NCBI GenBank assembly: GCA_043811375.1
Contig: JBDRNJ010000004.1
Span: 64,001-128,000 of the forward strand
Direction: 5' to 3'
DNA: 64,000 nucleotides
Origin: a bacterium
Lineage (GTDB): Bacteria; Zixibacteria; MSB-5A5; GN15; FEB-12
Notes under the pieces: generated by a model
What the model was told of the DNA's origin: nothing
Seen by the model: only the letters and a program-made list of their open reading frames with translations
The model's database searches: none
In this document: positions 17,701-27,973 of the stretch, in pieces
Layout of the letters: every line of letters begins with the position of its first letter
Numbering within the stretch: the stretch's first letter is position 1
Made by a program: the position numbers and the translations under genes

Positions 17701-19425
17701 ATGATTCGCAAACGACTAACAGGCCTCCTTATCCTGTTACTGGCAGTGCTGACCGCCGCCAGCGTTTCGGCTGCCAAAAAGAAAAACTTTGGCGATCTCA
17801 GTCTTCAGATTCTGGAAGATATTCAGTCCTTCTATCCCGTCCGATCAACCGAAATGGGTATTCACGCCTATGATCATCGGCTGGCAGACTACTCATCGGC
17901 ATCCGTGAAGAAAATGATCAAGAAGATGCAGGACCACGAAAAACAGCTTCACCGCTATAAATCGTCCGACCTGTCAGACTATAACCGCATCAACTATCGG
18001 CTCATCAAGTCCAATACCGATATTGCTCTTCTGGATCTCAAAGGCATTGCCTGGCACCGGAAATCGCCCCAGTTGTACGTGCGTGAAGCGGTCGACGGAA
18101 TCTACTTCCTGATGCTTTCCCGGCACGCACCTTTGTCGGAGAAGGTGGTGCCGCTTGTCGCTCGAATGCGAGCAGTCCCCCAACTGTTTGAGACTGCCCG
18201 GCAAAACCTTAAGGAACCACCACCCATCTACATCGAGGCGGCGCTTGAGTCACTGGAATCAGGTATGCAGTTTTACCAACAGGTGGCCGGCGAACTGATG
18301 AATCAGCTTCCCGATCGTGCCGATGAGATTCTGGCGGTGTCCACTCAGGCCAGGGAAGCAATGAATGACTTCGCGACCTGGCTGTCGCAGTTACCAACCG
18401 GACCGCAGGCCGCTTTTGCCATCGGCAAAAACAATTTCGACTACAAACTGTCCCACGAGTACTTCCTGACAATAGATGCCGACTCTCTGCTGAGAATCGG
18501 TGAGGCGCTGCTGGCTGAAGCTCAACGAGCGTATCACGATTACGAGACCTATATTGAAACCAGCCACCAGAACGGTCGCGACTCTGTTTTTGTCCCCGCC
18601 GCCTTTACCAAAAACGACATCATCGACTACTACAACTGGGAAACCGGGCAGGTGAAGATATTTCTTCAGGAGAATGATATCCTGACGGTTCCTGAAGATA
18701 TGGCGCCGGTGACGGTAATAGAGACACCCTCCTTCCTGAGCGGTATGGTCAGTGGTATAGCCTATCAACCGGCCGGGCCGTTCGACAGCCTGCAGCAGGG
18801 CTATTTCTATGTCCGGCCCATTCCGGATGACCTTGAACGCAGGCAACTGGAAGCCCGCTACCGTTATATTCACCGACGGGGTTTCCGGGGCTCGGTAGTC
18901 CATGAGGCTTACCCGGGGCACCACCTGCAGTTTCAGATCGCCGGTATGAACGATGATCCGGTGCGCAAGTGGCAACTCAACAACATGATGATCGAAGGCT
19001 GGGCCTTGTACTGCGAAGAGATGATGTACCACGTCGGCCTGTACGGTGATGAAAACCCACCGCAGTGGCTGGCGATACTCGGAGGCATTCGTTTCCGGGC
19101 GGCCCGTATCGTGGCCGACGTCAAGCTGCACACCGGACAGTTTACATACGATGAGTGCGTCGCCTGGATGAACGACGTGCTGGAAATCTCCAGTGAATCG
19201 GGTCGGGAATATATCCGTAAGGAAGTACGCCGCTACACTATCAGCCCCACTTACCAGATGTCCTACCTGATGGGCAAGAGTGAGATCATGGCGCTGCGCC
19301 TGGCGGCGGAAAAACGTGACGGCGACCGGTTCTTTCCCAAAGCCTTCCATGACGCGTTATTGGCCGAAGGCACGATACCACCGATCCTGATGTGGGAGAT
19401 TTTAGGACTGAGTAACCAGCAGTAA
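17701..19425 (+). CDS. DUF885 family secreted protein (metallopeptidase-like)
   Basis: GGAGG RBS, signal peptide, HEAYPGHHLQ, EGWALYCE, RIVADVKLH, SYLMG, FHDALL. Confidence 0.9.
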   Translation: MIRKRLTGLLILLLAVLTAASVSAAKKKNFGDLSLQILEDIQSFYPVRSTEMGIHAYDHRLADYSSASVKKMIKKMQDHEKQLHRYKSSDLSDYNRINYRLIKSNTDIALLDLKGIAWHRKSPQLYVREAVDGIYFLMLSRHAPLSEKVVPLVARMRAVPQLFETARQNLKEPPPIYIEAALESLESGMQFYQQVAGELMNQLPDRADEILAVSTQAREAMNDFATWLSQLPTGPQAAFAIGKNNFDYKLSHEYFLTIDADSLLRIGEALLAEAQRAYHDYETYIETSHQNGRDSVFVPAAFTKNDIIDYYNWETGQVKIFLQENDILTVPEDMAPVTVIETPSFLSGMVSGIAYQPAGPFDSLQQGYFYVRPIPDDLERRQLEARYRYIHRRGFRGSVVHEAYPGHHLQFQIAGMNDDPVRKWQLNNMMIEGWALYCEEMMYHVGLYGDENPPQWLAILGGIRFRAARIVADVKLHTGQFTYDECVAWMNDVLEISSESGREYIRKEVRRYTISPTYQMSYLMGKSEIMALRLAAEKRDGDRFFPKAFHDALLAEGTIPPILMWEILGLSNQQ

Positions 19426-19449
19426 CGGTAGTACCAGCACCGACCACGG

Positions 19450-21060
19450 TCACACCCGTTCAGGCAAAGCGATCATTCGCTCCAGTTCCTGCGGAACCTC
19501 GTCCTGTCCGAGTTGTCGTACTGAGATAGTCGTTTCATCGCCCCGGGTAGTAGTCTTCTCGGCTACATAGTGATTATCGGCCAGACGTGCGATCTGGTGC
19601 AGGTGAGTGATAACCAGCACCTGGCAATCGCGAGAGAGCTTCTTGAGTTTGCGGGCAACCCGGGTAGCTGTCTTTCCACCGATACCGGCATCGACTTCGT
19701 CGAAAACCAGAAGCGACTGAGACAATCGTTGGTGTTGTCGCTCGGCTGACTTCAGCGCCAGCAGGACACGAGAAATTTCCCCACCCGATGCGGTTTTCAC
19801 CAGCGATTTCAGAGGTGCCCCGGGATTGGCCGAAAACAGGAAGCAGCCGTTTTCCAGACCGTGCGGAAACGGTTTGACCGACCGCCCCTCGAAGGTAACC
19901 CCGTCAGTCTCACCATCTTCGTAGATAAACTCGATTTCAAAACCACAATTGTCGATGGCCAGTTCCCCCAGCTCCCCGACGACCAACCGCTGCAACTGCC
20001 GGGCGGCTTTCCGACGAGCCTGCGACAGCTCCGCCGCTTGCTCACAATAGGACCGGTACAAGGTCTCGTGTTCCTGTTCGAGACTGCCAATCACACTATC
20101 AATGTCCGGTCGATCCCGGAGTCTTTCGTTTATCTGATCGAGCGTTGTCAATATGGCTTCTTCGGATCCGCCGTACTTCTTTTTCAGGTTGTATATCTCG
20201 TCCAGGCGCAGGTTGATTTCCTCCAGACGATGGGGATCGTCCTCAAGCGATGAACCATACTGCTGCATGAAACGCCGCATCTCCTCTATCTGGAATTCGA
20301 CCTCAGTAAAAGTGTTAAGCTGTTCCTGCAACGAGGTATCGATCGTTGACATACTCTCAAGTTCGCGGCGAACCTGTCCCAGTAGCTGGGTAACCGAATT
20401 GTCGTCGTCGTCAAGAGTCTGCCCGATGGCCGCCGCCGATGCCATCAGGTTGCGGGCCGAGTCGAGTATTTTCCGCTCCCTGATGAGCTGCTCTTCTTCA
20501 CCCGGTCGGAGTTGCGCCTTTTCAATCTCATCCTTCTGAAAGAGCAGCAATTCACGGTCGCGCTTCAGCTTTTCTCGCTGATTGCGGGTTTGACGCAACT
20601 CCCCGGCAATGCATTGCCAGCGTGTGTATGTCTGAGTCAACTCGTCGCGCAACGTCAACAAAGAAGCGAAGCGGTCCAGAAACAGCAGGTGGTTGTCCTC
20701 ATTCATCAACATCTGATTGGCGTGCTGTCCGACGATCTCGGCCAGCTCCGAGGTAGCCTGCCGCAATTGCGTCAGCGTTGCCGTGCGACCGTTGATTCTT
20801 GCCCGGGAAGCTCCGGTCGATGAAATTTCCCGGCAGATTTCCATCATCTCCGGCTCGAAACCGGCCGTCACCGTTGCGCGGTCAGCGCCGTGGCGAACGA
20901 ACTCCCGATCACCGCGCTCGCCCAGCGACAGCGCCAGCGCCGTCACTATAACCGATTTCCCGGCGCCCGTCTCCCCCGTCAGGACCGACAGGCCGGGTTT
21001 CAACGTCAGTTCCGTTCGCCTGACCAGGGCGATATTTTCAATGACCAGTCTGGTCAACAT
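19450..21060 (-). CDS. recN: DNA repair protein RecN
   Basis: GETGAGKS Walker A, ASGGEISR signature, VFDEVDAGIGG, ITHLHQIA. Confidence 0.94.
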   Translation of the reverse strand: MLTRLVIENIALVRRTELTLKPGLSVLTGETGAGKSVIVTALALSLGERGDREFVRHGADRATVTAGFEPEMMEICREISSTGASRARINGRTATLTQLRQATSELAEIVGQHANQMLMNEDNHLLFLDRFASLLTLRDELTQTYTRWQCIAGELRQTRNQREKLKRDRELLLFQKDEIEKAQLRPGEEEQLIRERKILDSARNLMASAAAIGQTLDDDDNSVTQLLGQVRRELESMSTIDTSLQEQLNTFTEVEFQIEEMRRFMQQYGSSLEDDPHRLEEINLRLDEIYNLKKKYGGSEEAILTTLDQINERLRDRPDIDSVIGSLEQEHETLYRSYCEQAAELSQARRKAARQLQRLVVGELGELAIDNCGFEIEFIYEDGETDGVTFEGRSVKPFPHGLENGCFLFSANPGAPLKSLVKTASGGEISRVLLALKSAERQHQRLSQSLLVFDEVDAGIGGKTATRVARKLKKLSRDCQVLVITHLHQIARLADNHYVAEKTTTRGDETTISVRQLGQDEVPQELERMIALPERV

Positions 21061-22789
21061 CGAGACCGTGTTCTTTCATCTGCCGGATAATCTCGTCGGC
21101 TCGCTGGTGGTCGCTATCAGCTTCCGCATGAGCCAGCTCCTGCATCAGACGAGCGATAATCCGTTTCTGTTTTTGTTCGATCAACATATGGGCTAATTTG
21201 CGGGTTTCGCCGTTAATTTGCGAGGAATCCCATTCAACCGAGGCAATCTCTGTCACCAATGAGACAAACTCAGTGTCCTGGGCGTTGTCAATCAGGGCTT
21301 TGGCATCTATCATGCTCCGGGATCGGTACTGTTCGATCATGGCTGCGTACAGCCGCGATAACTCGCCGGACTCAAAATCTTCCACCGTAATACTGTCGAA
21401 GACAGCGTCGATAGAACCGGGATTATTGAACAAAAGCGAAAGTAACTGGACCTCGACGGCGTTGTGTTTCTTCCTGGCGCTTTGATCAGACGGCGGTGTC
21501 TCCCGATCGGGTGAGGGAATTTTCTGGAGAAGTTGAACGTCGATTCCGAGCTTTTCGGCCGCTTCGGCTAAAAACAAATTGCGTCGGGTAGGGTCACTTA
21601 TCCGGTTGCCCAGAGCACCCATCTCCTTGACCAGCAGTTCCTTGCCGATTATGCCGGTCTGAGCGATGTCAAGGTCACGGGTACGAAAGGGGATGTATCC
21701 GATGGCATCCTGTTTGAGTTGTTCGATAGCTTCCGCTCCCTCCCGGGCGGCAATTGAATCCGGATCCTCACCTGACGGCGGCACCATCACCTTAACTTCC
21801 AGGCCAGCTTCGAACAACGAATCCACCGAGCGCAGGGCAGCTTTCTGGCCGGCACTGTCGGCATCGAAGAACAGGTAGACCTCCTGGGCAAAACGGGCCA
21901 GCAGCCGCGCCTGTTGCAGCGTGAAGGCGGTACCGGAGGAGGCCACGACGTTTTTGATCCCGGCTTGCCAGAGTGATATAACGTCGAAATATCCCTCCAC
22001 CACCAGCACCGAGGCAGGCGAGGCCTGCCTGATATGATCCCGCGAGAGGTTGAGTCCGTACAGAACGTTACCCTTCACATAAAGTGCCGTTTCGGGAGAA
22101 TTGACATATTTGGCCACCTCACCTTTCTTGAGTGTGCGGCCCCCGAATGCGATCGGCTTTTGACTGAGGTTGAAAATCGGTATCATCAGCCGGTGTCGGA
22201 AGCGGTCGAAGTAATTGCCCCTCTTTTCAGAGCGCAGCGCCAAACCGGCTTTCTCCAAATCCTGCGGACTGAGTCCTTTGCCGGCGGCATATCCTGTCAG
22301 GCCATCCCACTGCTCCCCGGCCAGACCGAGCTGGAAGTGAGTGATCGTTTCTTCCTCTATCTGCCGTTTGCCTTTGAGGTAACTCTGGAGCACCTCCCGG
22401 TACTTGGGTTGATAGAGCAGGTCGTGGAAATAGTCCAGCGCCACCTGGTTGCAGTAGGCTATCTTTTCACGCCACTCACGTCGAGCTTCGGAACCCTTGT
22501 CTTCGCGGATAACGATATTGGCTCGCTGGGCCAGGTGCTTCACCGCCTCGACAAAAGACATCTTCTCATGTTCTATCAGGAACGTAAAAACCGTACCTCC
22601 CTTGCCGCAGCCGAAGCAATAGAACAATTGCTTGTCGGGAGATACCGAAAACGACGGTGTCTTCTCGGTGTGAAAAGGACAGACCGCCAGGAAACGCCTC
22701 CCTCTCTTCTTCAACCGGACAAACTCACCGATGACCTGGACAATATCGGTGGCCTGCCGTACCTGCTCGATAACATCGGGAGCTATCAT
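21038..22789 (-). CDS. dnaG: DNA primase
   Basis: CPFHTEKTPSF...CFGC zinc finger, FGGR, KYVNSPET, VEGYFD, FDADSAG. Confidence 0.97.
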   Translation of the reverse strand: MIAPDVIEQVRQATDIVQVIGEFVRLKKRGRRFLAVCPFHTEKTPSFSVSPDKQLFYCFGCGKGGTVFTFLIEHEKMSFVEAVKHLAQRANIVIREDKGSEARREWREKIAYCNQVALDYFHDLLYQPKYREVLQSYLKGKRQIEEETITHFQLGLAGEQWDGLTGYAAGKGLSPQDLEKAGLALRSEKRGNYFDRFRHRLMIPIFNLSQKPIAFGGRTLKKGEVAKYVNSPETALYVKGNVLYGLNLSRDHIRQASPASVLVVEGYFDVISLWQAGIKNVVASSGTAFTLQQARLLARFAQEVYLFFDADSAGQKAALRSVDSLFEAGLEVKVMVPPSGEDPDSIAAREGAEAIEQLKQDAIGYIPFRTRDLDIAQTGIIGKELLVKEMGALGNRISDPTRRNLFLAEAAEKLGIDVQLLQKIPSPDRETPPSDQSARKKHNAVEVQLLSLLFNNPGSIDAVFDSITVEDFESGELSRLYAAMIEQYRSRSMIDAKALIDNAQDTEFVSLVTEIASVEWDSSQINGETRKLAHMLIEQKQKRIIARLMQELAHAEADSDHQRADEIIRQMKEHGLDVDQTGH

Positions 22790-22790
22790 C

Positions 22791-25148
22791 TCATTCCTTC
22801 AGCCTGGCGATAGTCACTCCGGCGCCACCCTCGTTCCAGTCTCCCAACCGCAGAGACGCTACCTCCGGGTGGTTCTTCAGATAGTCGGTGACTGTCCGTC
22901 GCAGAGCTCCCGTCCCCTTTCCATGCACAATATAGACCTGTGACAACCCCGCCATCACGGCGTTATCGAGAAACTTATCGAGACTCTCCAGCGCCTCATC
23001 ACCGGTCATGCCACGCAGGTGGATTTCCGGCCGGACCGGTTCGGTAACTGAGAAACTTCCGGCATTCCGGGCACCGGGTTTTGGGGAAGAAACCGATATC
23101 TTGCGCAGGTTGCGCAATTCCACCACCATCAGGACACTACCGACCCTGACACGAACCCGATCACTGCCGAGCAGTTCTTCGATCTCTCCCCGCTGACTCA
23201 GGCTGAGGATCTCGACTGAGTCGCCGGGATTAAACGCGGCTTGATCGGCTGCCTGTCGGTCCATTGAGGCCTGCCTGTGCTTCGTCTGGTTGTGCCGCTG
23301 CTGTAGATGACGATGGAAATCTTTGACCGACTTCTGTGTGGCCTGTGATTTCCGAATATCGGCTACCAGTTTCTCCATTTCCCGTCGAGTCTGATCGAGA
23401 AATTCCCGCGTCTCGGCCAGGGCAGATTTCTTTTCCTGGTTGATCTCTTTGTCCAATTGTTCCGACCTGAGGCGGTAGTCGGTTTCCAGTCGTCGGGTCT
23501 CGGCCAGCCGGTCGGATAATTCCGTACGGTCTTCTTTGAGTTTAGCCAGCTCCGTTTCCAGCGAGGCAATCAACTGCTCCAGCTCTTTCTCACCACTGCC
23601 GACCAGGGACGACGCCCGTTTACAGATTTCCGACGGCAACCCCAGACGACTGGCGACCTCAACAGCATACGAGGAACCGGGGATGCCCAGGTGAAGGCGG
23701 TAAGTGGGAGCCAGGGTTTGTCGGTCAAACTCCAGGGATGCATTCTCGATCTCGGCATGTTCGGTGGCCAGCGTCTTCAGTTGTGAGTAGTGGGTTGTAG
23801 CCAGCAGCCGGGCTCCCTGCTCGACACCGTAGAGAATGATCGACTCGGCCAGAGCGGCACCCTCTTTGGGGTCGGTACCGGCGCCGATCTCATCGAAGAG
23901 TAACAGCGATCTCTCGGAGGCTCCCTTGAGGCCCCGAACTATGTTTCCCATGTGCGAAGAGAATGTCGACAAAGACAGTTCAATCGATTGTTCATCGCCA
24001 ATATCGGCAAACAGGTTGTTGAAAATACCCACGGTTGACTTGTCACTGGCGGCGATATGCAGGCCGGATTGCGCCATCAGGACTGATAAACCGACCGTCT
24101 TGAGAGTGATCGTTTTACCCCCGGTGTTGGGGCCGGTCACCAGTACTGCCCGCTGCTCGTCACTCAGACCGATACTGGTGGGAACTACTTTCTCAACACT
24201 CCCAAACTGAATCACCAGCAGGGGGTGGTAAGCATCGACCAAATCGAAAGCCGGCTGATCGATAATAGCCGGCTGTTGCCCGCCGACCTGGTTGGAGAAG
24301 GCGGCACAGGCATAGATAGCGTCAAGACAACCGATCAGGCGGGTGTTTTCCAGCAGGGCTTGACGGCAATCGGCGATCTCAGCAGTTAATGCTCGCAGGA
24401 TACGGTCCAACTCCAGCCGCTGCTCCTGCATCAGCAGGTTGACCCGGTTGTTAAGCTCGACCGTCTGTTCCGGTTCGACATAGAGGGTTGCCCCGGACTG
24501 GCTGCGATCGTGCAAAATGCCGCTGCCGCTGCGGTACTGGCTGGTCGGGATGGGTATTACATAACGACCGTTGCGCATGGTGATAACGTCGTCCTGCCAA
24601 CCGGCCTGTTTGTTTTGATCGGCCATGATTCGCTCCAGGCGGGCGGTTATCTTGCGTCGGCTTTCGGCCAATTCCAGCCTGATGCTCCTCAGTTTGGAGG
24701 AAGCGCTGTCTTTGATCTCACCTTCCTCGTCGATAATCCGGCGGATCTCTTTTTTCAACTCCGGATACGCCCGCACCTGCGTCAGGTATTCTGTAATAGT
24801 GGGGAACTTCTCCCGCCCCTCACGATCGTAGCCGCTGAGGTCGATAGAAACCTCAACCAGTTCCAGGATTAAAAGAATCTCGGTGGGCTCCAGGAATATC
24901 CCGGCCACCTGTGTCTTTTCAAGCAACTCCCGGCAATCCTCAAGGCGACACAAGGGAAAGGCCAATCCGAATTTGATGATATCTTTCATCTGGGAGATTT
25001 CAGTCAGCCGCCTTTCGATCTCAGCTCGATCAAAGAGGGGCTGGATTCGGTCGACCTCAGCGTGCCCATAAGGAGTACGGCACTTCCCGTCGATTAGTGA
25101 CATGATCTTGGGGAATTCCAATGTCTTGATAGTGTGTTTATCAATCAT
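22791..25148 (-). CDS. mutS2: Endonuclease MutS2
   Basis: TGPNTGGKT, DIGDEQSIELSLSTFSSH, DEIGAGTDP, C-terminal Smr domain (HGKGTGALR). Confidence 0.96.
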   Translation of the reverse strand: MIDKHTIKTLEFPKIMSLIDGKCRTPYGHAEVDRIQPLFDRAEIERRLTEISQMKDIIKFGLAFPLCRLEDCRELLEKTQVAGIFLEPTEILLILELVEVSIDLSGYDREGREKFPTITEYLTQVRAYPELKKEIRRIIDEEGEIKDSASSKLRSIRLELAESRRKITARLERIMADQNKQAGWQDDVITMRNGRYVIPIPTSQYRSGSGILHDRSQSGATLYVEPEQTVELNNRVNLLMQEQRLELDRILRALTAEIADCRQALLENTRLIGCLDAIYACAAFSNQVGGQQPAIIDQPAFDLVDAYHPLLVIQFGSVEKVVPTSIGLSDEQRAVLVTGPNTGGKTITLKTVGLSVLMAQSGLHIAASDKSTVGIFNNLFADIGDEQSIELSLSTFSSHMGNIVRGLKGASERSLLLFDEIGAGTDPKEGAALAESIILYGVEQGARLLATTHYSQLKTLATEHAEIENASLEFDRQTLAPTYRLHLGIPGSSYAVEVASRLGLPSEICKRASSLVGSGEKELEQLIASLETELAKLKEDRTELSDRLAETRRLETDYRLRSEQLDKEINQEKKSALAETREFLDQTRREMEKLVADIRKSQATQKSVKDFHRHLQQRHNQTKHRQASMDRQAADQAAFNPGDSVEILSLSQRGEIEELLGSDRVRVRVGSVLMVVELRNLRKISVSSPKPGARNAGSFSVTEPVRPEIHLRGMTGDEALESLDKFLDNAVMAGLSQVYIVHGKGTGALRRTVTDYLKNHPEVASLRLGDWNEGGAGVTIARLKE

Positions 25149-25177
25149 GGCAGTGTCAGGCTTGCTGGTTCGGCATT

Positions 25178-25200
25178 AAAAAAGCCGACCGAAGTCGGCT
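25178..25200 (-). terminator. Intrinsic terminator after the CvpA gene
   Basis: Minus strand AGCCGAC-TTCG-GTCGGCT followed by a T run. Confidence 0.75.
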
Positions 25201-25236
25201 CAAATATACACATAACGAGCCTTATTCAAAACGAAT

Positions 25237-25863
25237 TTAGTCGCCCAGCCCGGTGTTAAAGAACTGTCGCATCTGCTGCAGCACCTGGTAAACCTCGATA
25301 CGGTCCTCATCGGCGACACCACCGGAACTGCCCTGAGCTACCAACAGGGCACGTTCGATCTTGTTCATGAAATCGGGACTCTTGGGATGGACGGTGGCGG
25401 TTCCCTCAAACATCAGCGGCACTGTCTTGGCCACCGCCGGGCCAAAGAATGACGACTCGAAAGAAACATAAAACTGGTTGGGTAACGGCAGGAGAAATAC
25501 CAAAAACGCCAGGAAGCCGATTGCCATCCAGCCTCGCAGAAAACCGATCAGCGCTCCTCCCAACTGGTCCTTTCGGCCGGTACGTTTCAGATCCGCCACC
25601 TTGTAGAAGAGTAAGCCGATCAGTTTGAACCCGGCATAACTGATGGCCAGCAAAATCACAAAGGACAGAAAAGCCGAAACCAGCGGCGAGCCGCCCAGCT
25701 GCTCATGGACCCAGACGGCAAAATTATCTATGTAGGTAACAGAGAAGATTATGGCTACAAAGAAAACCACAAACGCCATCAGTTCCCGGATCAGTCCCTT
25801 CTTCGATCCGACAATCACCGAGGCGAGGAGCAGTACCAGCAAAACACCATCAATCCAATTCAT
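25237..25863 (-). CDS. CvpA (colicin V production) family membrane protein
   Basis: MNWIDGVLL...G.KKGLIRE, DQLGGALIGFLRG; typical position upstream of mutS2. Confidence 0.88.
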   Translation of the reverse strand: MNWIDGVLLVLLLASVIVGSKKGLIRELMAFVVFFVAIIFSVTYIDNFAVWVHEQLGGSPLVSAFLSFVILLAISYAGFKLIGLLFYKVADLKRTGRKDQLGGALIGFLRGWMAIGFLAFLVFLLPLPNQFYVSFESSFFGPAVAKTVPLMFEGTATVHPKSPDFMNKIERALLVAQGSSGGVADEDRIEVYQVLQQMRQFFNTGLGD

Positions 25864-25914
25864 ACCATCTTACTCCCGTTCGGTAGTGGTTTAACTGGTG
25901 AAATATAGAAAGTT

Positions 25915-26199
25915 TCAAACTTCTTTGGCAAGTATTTCCATGGCCAGTTTATTAACCGGTTTGCCGTCGGCCTGACCCTTGATTTTGGGCATTACGGCCT
26001 TCATCACCATACCGATCTTCCGAGGCGAATCGGCCCCGGTCTCGCTGATAGCATCCTCAACAGTCAACTCCACCCCCTTGTCAATCTGCTTGTATTTCAG
26101 ATCAGACTAAAGGCCCCGAAGCACGGAGGTTTTCACTTTCTCTCCGGCCTTCAGGGCCTTTATCATATCCTGATTGATCTTCTCAAAGAGCGATATCAA
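25915..26199 (-). pseudogene. yqeY: GatB/YqeY-domain pseudogene
   Basis: SLFEKINQDMIKALKAGEKVKTSVLRGL*SDLKYKQIDKGVELT|VEDAISETGADSPRKIGMVMKAVMPKIKGQADGK; in-frame TAG, central region missing, no ATG; canonical position after rpsU. Confidence 0.85.
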
Positions 26200-26396
26200 T
26201 CATCACCGAATTTGTCCTTCAAGCGCCGTTCTTTCCGTCGGGCGGCGGCCAGTTTGCGTTTGCGAGAGTCGGACGGTTTTTCAAAATGCTGATGCTTCTT
26301 GATATCCGTCAGGATCCCCGTCTTTTCGCAAAACTTATTAAAACGGCGCAGGGCTTTTTCAAACGATTCATCGTCACGTACTCTTACCCCTGTCAA
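26196..26396 (-). CDS. rpsU: 30S ribosomal protein S21
   Basis: ESFEKALRRF...HQHFEKPS..RKRK; TTG start. Confidence 0.96.
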   Translation of the reverse strand: MTGVRVRDDESFEKALRRFNKFCEKTGILTDIKKHQHFEKPSDSRKRKLAAARRKERRLKDKFGDD

Positions 26397-26455
26397 CCTG
26401 TCACACCCCCCTTCAACGCCTGATCTGTTTTGGACACACTACTCATATTACTCCA

Positions 26456-26484
26456 ATTATACCCATTAATCGGCCGCTTGTCAA
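26456..26484 (-). promoter_or_regulatory. Sigma-70 promoter of rpsU
   Basis: Perfect TTGACA-17-TATAAT on the minus strand. Confidence 0.85.
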
Positions 26485-26532
26485 TAGATATCGGTAGCTG
26501 TAAACCGCTCACTAAGAAAAACGTGAGAATTA

Positions 26533-26561
26533 TTGACAAACCGAGGAGATTCTTGCATAAT
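26533..26561 (+). promoter_or_regulatory. Sigma-70 promoter of the divergent lipoprotein gene
   Basis: TTGACA-17-CATAAT. Confidence 0.7.
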
Positions 26562-26669
26562 CAAAATACTGAAAGGGATAAACCGTGTTTTTGAACCTTC
26601 ATAGGGGAAATCTCGGTTAAATCTACGTACTCATTCCCACGATAAGCCAAAAGATATTGAGGTATCAGT

Positions 26670-27431
26670 ATGCAGAACACAATTCAACCAATAACGAGGT
26701 TCTTTCTGCTGGTCTCGGTGGTTTGTCTTTGCAATTGTGGCGGCCCAAGAGTTGAAGGTCTTTTCAGAGAGCCGGAGTTCACTGCAGACGCTATCAGAAA
26801 CAGGTCGATAATCATTGGTGGCGTTACCTCTGCTCTTGGCAACGAAGAAATCGATACCTTGTGTAATGTATGGGCCAACCTGCTCAGGGAGCAACTTGTT
26901 GAGAAGCTCGAGGGTGTCAACGTTGTTCCACTCAATTATACCAAGTCAACTCTCCGCGAGGATCAATATGGGGAAATGCTGGTGTCATTTAACAACATCG
27001 GTGACCTAAACAGCGAAGTTCTGGAAAAGCTGGGGGGTGCGTTTGAAGAGCCACGACCATATCTTGTCATGTGCCGTCTGGAAACAGACGCTCGTGACAC
27101 GAGCAAGGGGAAGAACAAAGACAGCACTGGGGCCGTCATCAACGTTTATTACCTCGCACATCGGAAGGTCTGTGCCAGCTTCAAAGTCTGGGATGTGGCA
27201 GCGCGCAAATTGGTTTGGAGCGGCCGAATAACCGGCAAAGCAACGGCAACCAACAGCTACGATCAGGCTCCCGTTACGGATGACGATGGCGGCAGTCTAT
27301 TAACGGATTTGCTTGATGTGTTCCTTAGTGACGGCGAACCTGAAAAATATGAGTACCCCGAAACCCCAAGCTTCACCTGGGTTGCACGAACCGTTTTTGG
27401 TGATTTCGCCAAAGCCCTCACCCACGACTGA
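26670..27431 (+). CDS. Hypothetical lipoprotein
   Basis: GAGG RBS; hydrophobic N-terminus ending CLCNCGG; VWD....LVWSG resembles DUF4136/CsgG-like lipoprotein folds. Confidence 0.7.
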   Translation: MQNTIQPITRFFLLVSVVCLCNCGGPRVEGLFREPEFTADAIRNRSIIIGGVTSALGNEEIDTLCNVWANLLREQLVEKLEGVNVVPLNYTKSTLREDQYGEMLVSFNNIGDLNSEVLEKLGGAFEEPRPYLVMCRLETDARDTSKGKNKDSTGAVINVYYLAHRKVCASFKVWDVAARKLVWSGRITGKATATNSYDQAPVTDDDGGSLLTDLLDVFLSDGEPEKYEYPETPSFTWVARTVFGDFAKALTHD

Positions 27432-27495
27432 AAATCAAGAACGGTCCGCCCCGCGCCGGGTGGCCCCTTCAAACTTGTTTGGCAGCAAGCCGCTC

Positions 27496-27828
27496 TTATT
27501 CCTTGATATACCGCAGCCTGTCCGCACCCCGATCCGAGAGAAAATGATAATGAAGATGGTCGATCTCCTGGCAATAGCCATTATTGATAATGACCCGAAA
27601 ATGATCGGTGATCCCCAGTTTCTCGGCAATCAATCTGACATAACGGTCCAGCATCGCCAGCGTCTCCGGCGGTGTCTCGTAATAGTTTCTGGTGACCACC
27701 TTGGGGATTATCAGCAAATGCACCTGAGCGCGGGGATAGTGGTCGGCAATGACTATGACATTGTCATCCTCGAAGAATATCTTAGCCGGCAACTCCCGGC
27801 TGATTATGCGCTCAAAAATGGTCGGCAT
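27496..27828 (-). CDS. HIT family nucleotide-binding protein
   Basis: TIFERII, HLLIIPK, histidine triad HLHYHFL. Confidence 0.92.
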   Translation of the reverse strand: MPTIFERIISRELPAKIFFEDDNVIVIADHYPRAQVHLLIIPKVVTRNYYETPPETLAMLDRYVRLIAEKLGITDHFRVIINNGYCQEIDHLHYHFLSDRGADRLRYIKE

Positions 27829-27834
27829 GGAGAG

Positions 27835-27863
27835 AGTATAACAAACTCCGGAAGGCCGGACAA
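27835..27863 (-). promoter_or_regulatory. Promoter of the HIT gene (probably leaderless transcript)
   Basis: TTGTCC-17-TATACT with extended TGn; only 6 nt between -10 and ATG; no SD. Confidence 0.6.
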
Positions 27864-27973
27864 ATTGATTTCGCTCTCCCGTCCCCCTTGCCAATCCGTC
27901 CCGTTTTTCTTAGCTTAAGGGACGGAGTTGGTTGAACAATAATATCTATTAGAAAATAGAGGAGACTTGCCTC

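Noticed and set aside
26107..26109. TAG readthrough or recoding in yqeY
   Set aside because: The same gene also has a large deletion and no ATG, and other genes here (nth, yebC, lysS) end in TAG, so decay is the simpler explanation
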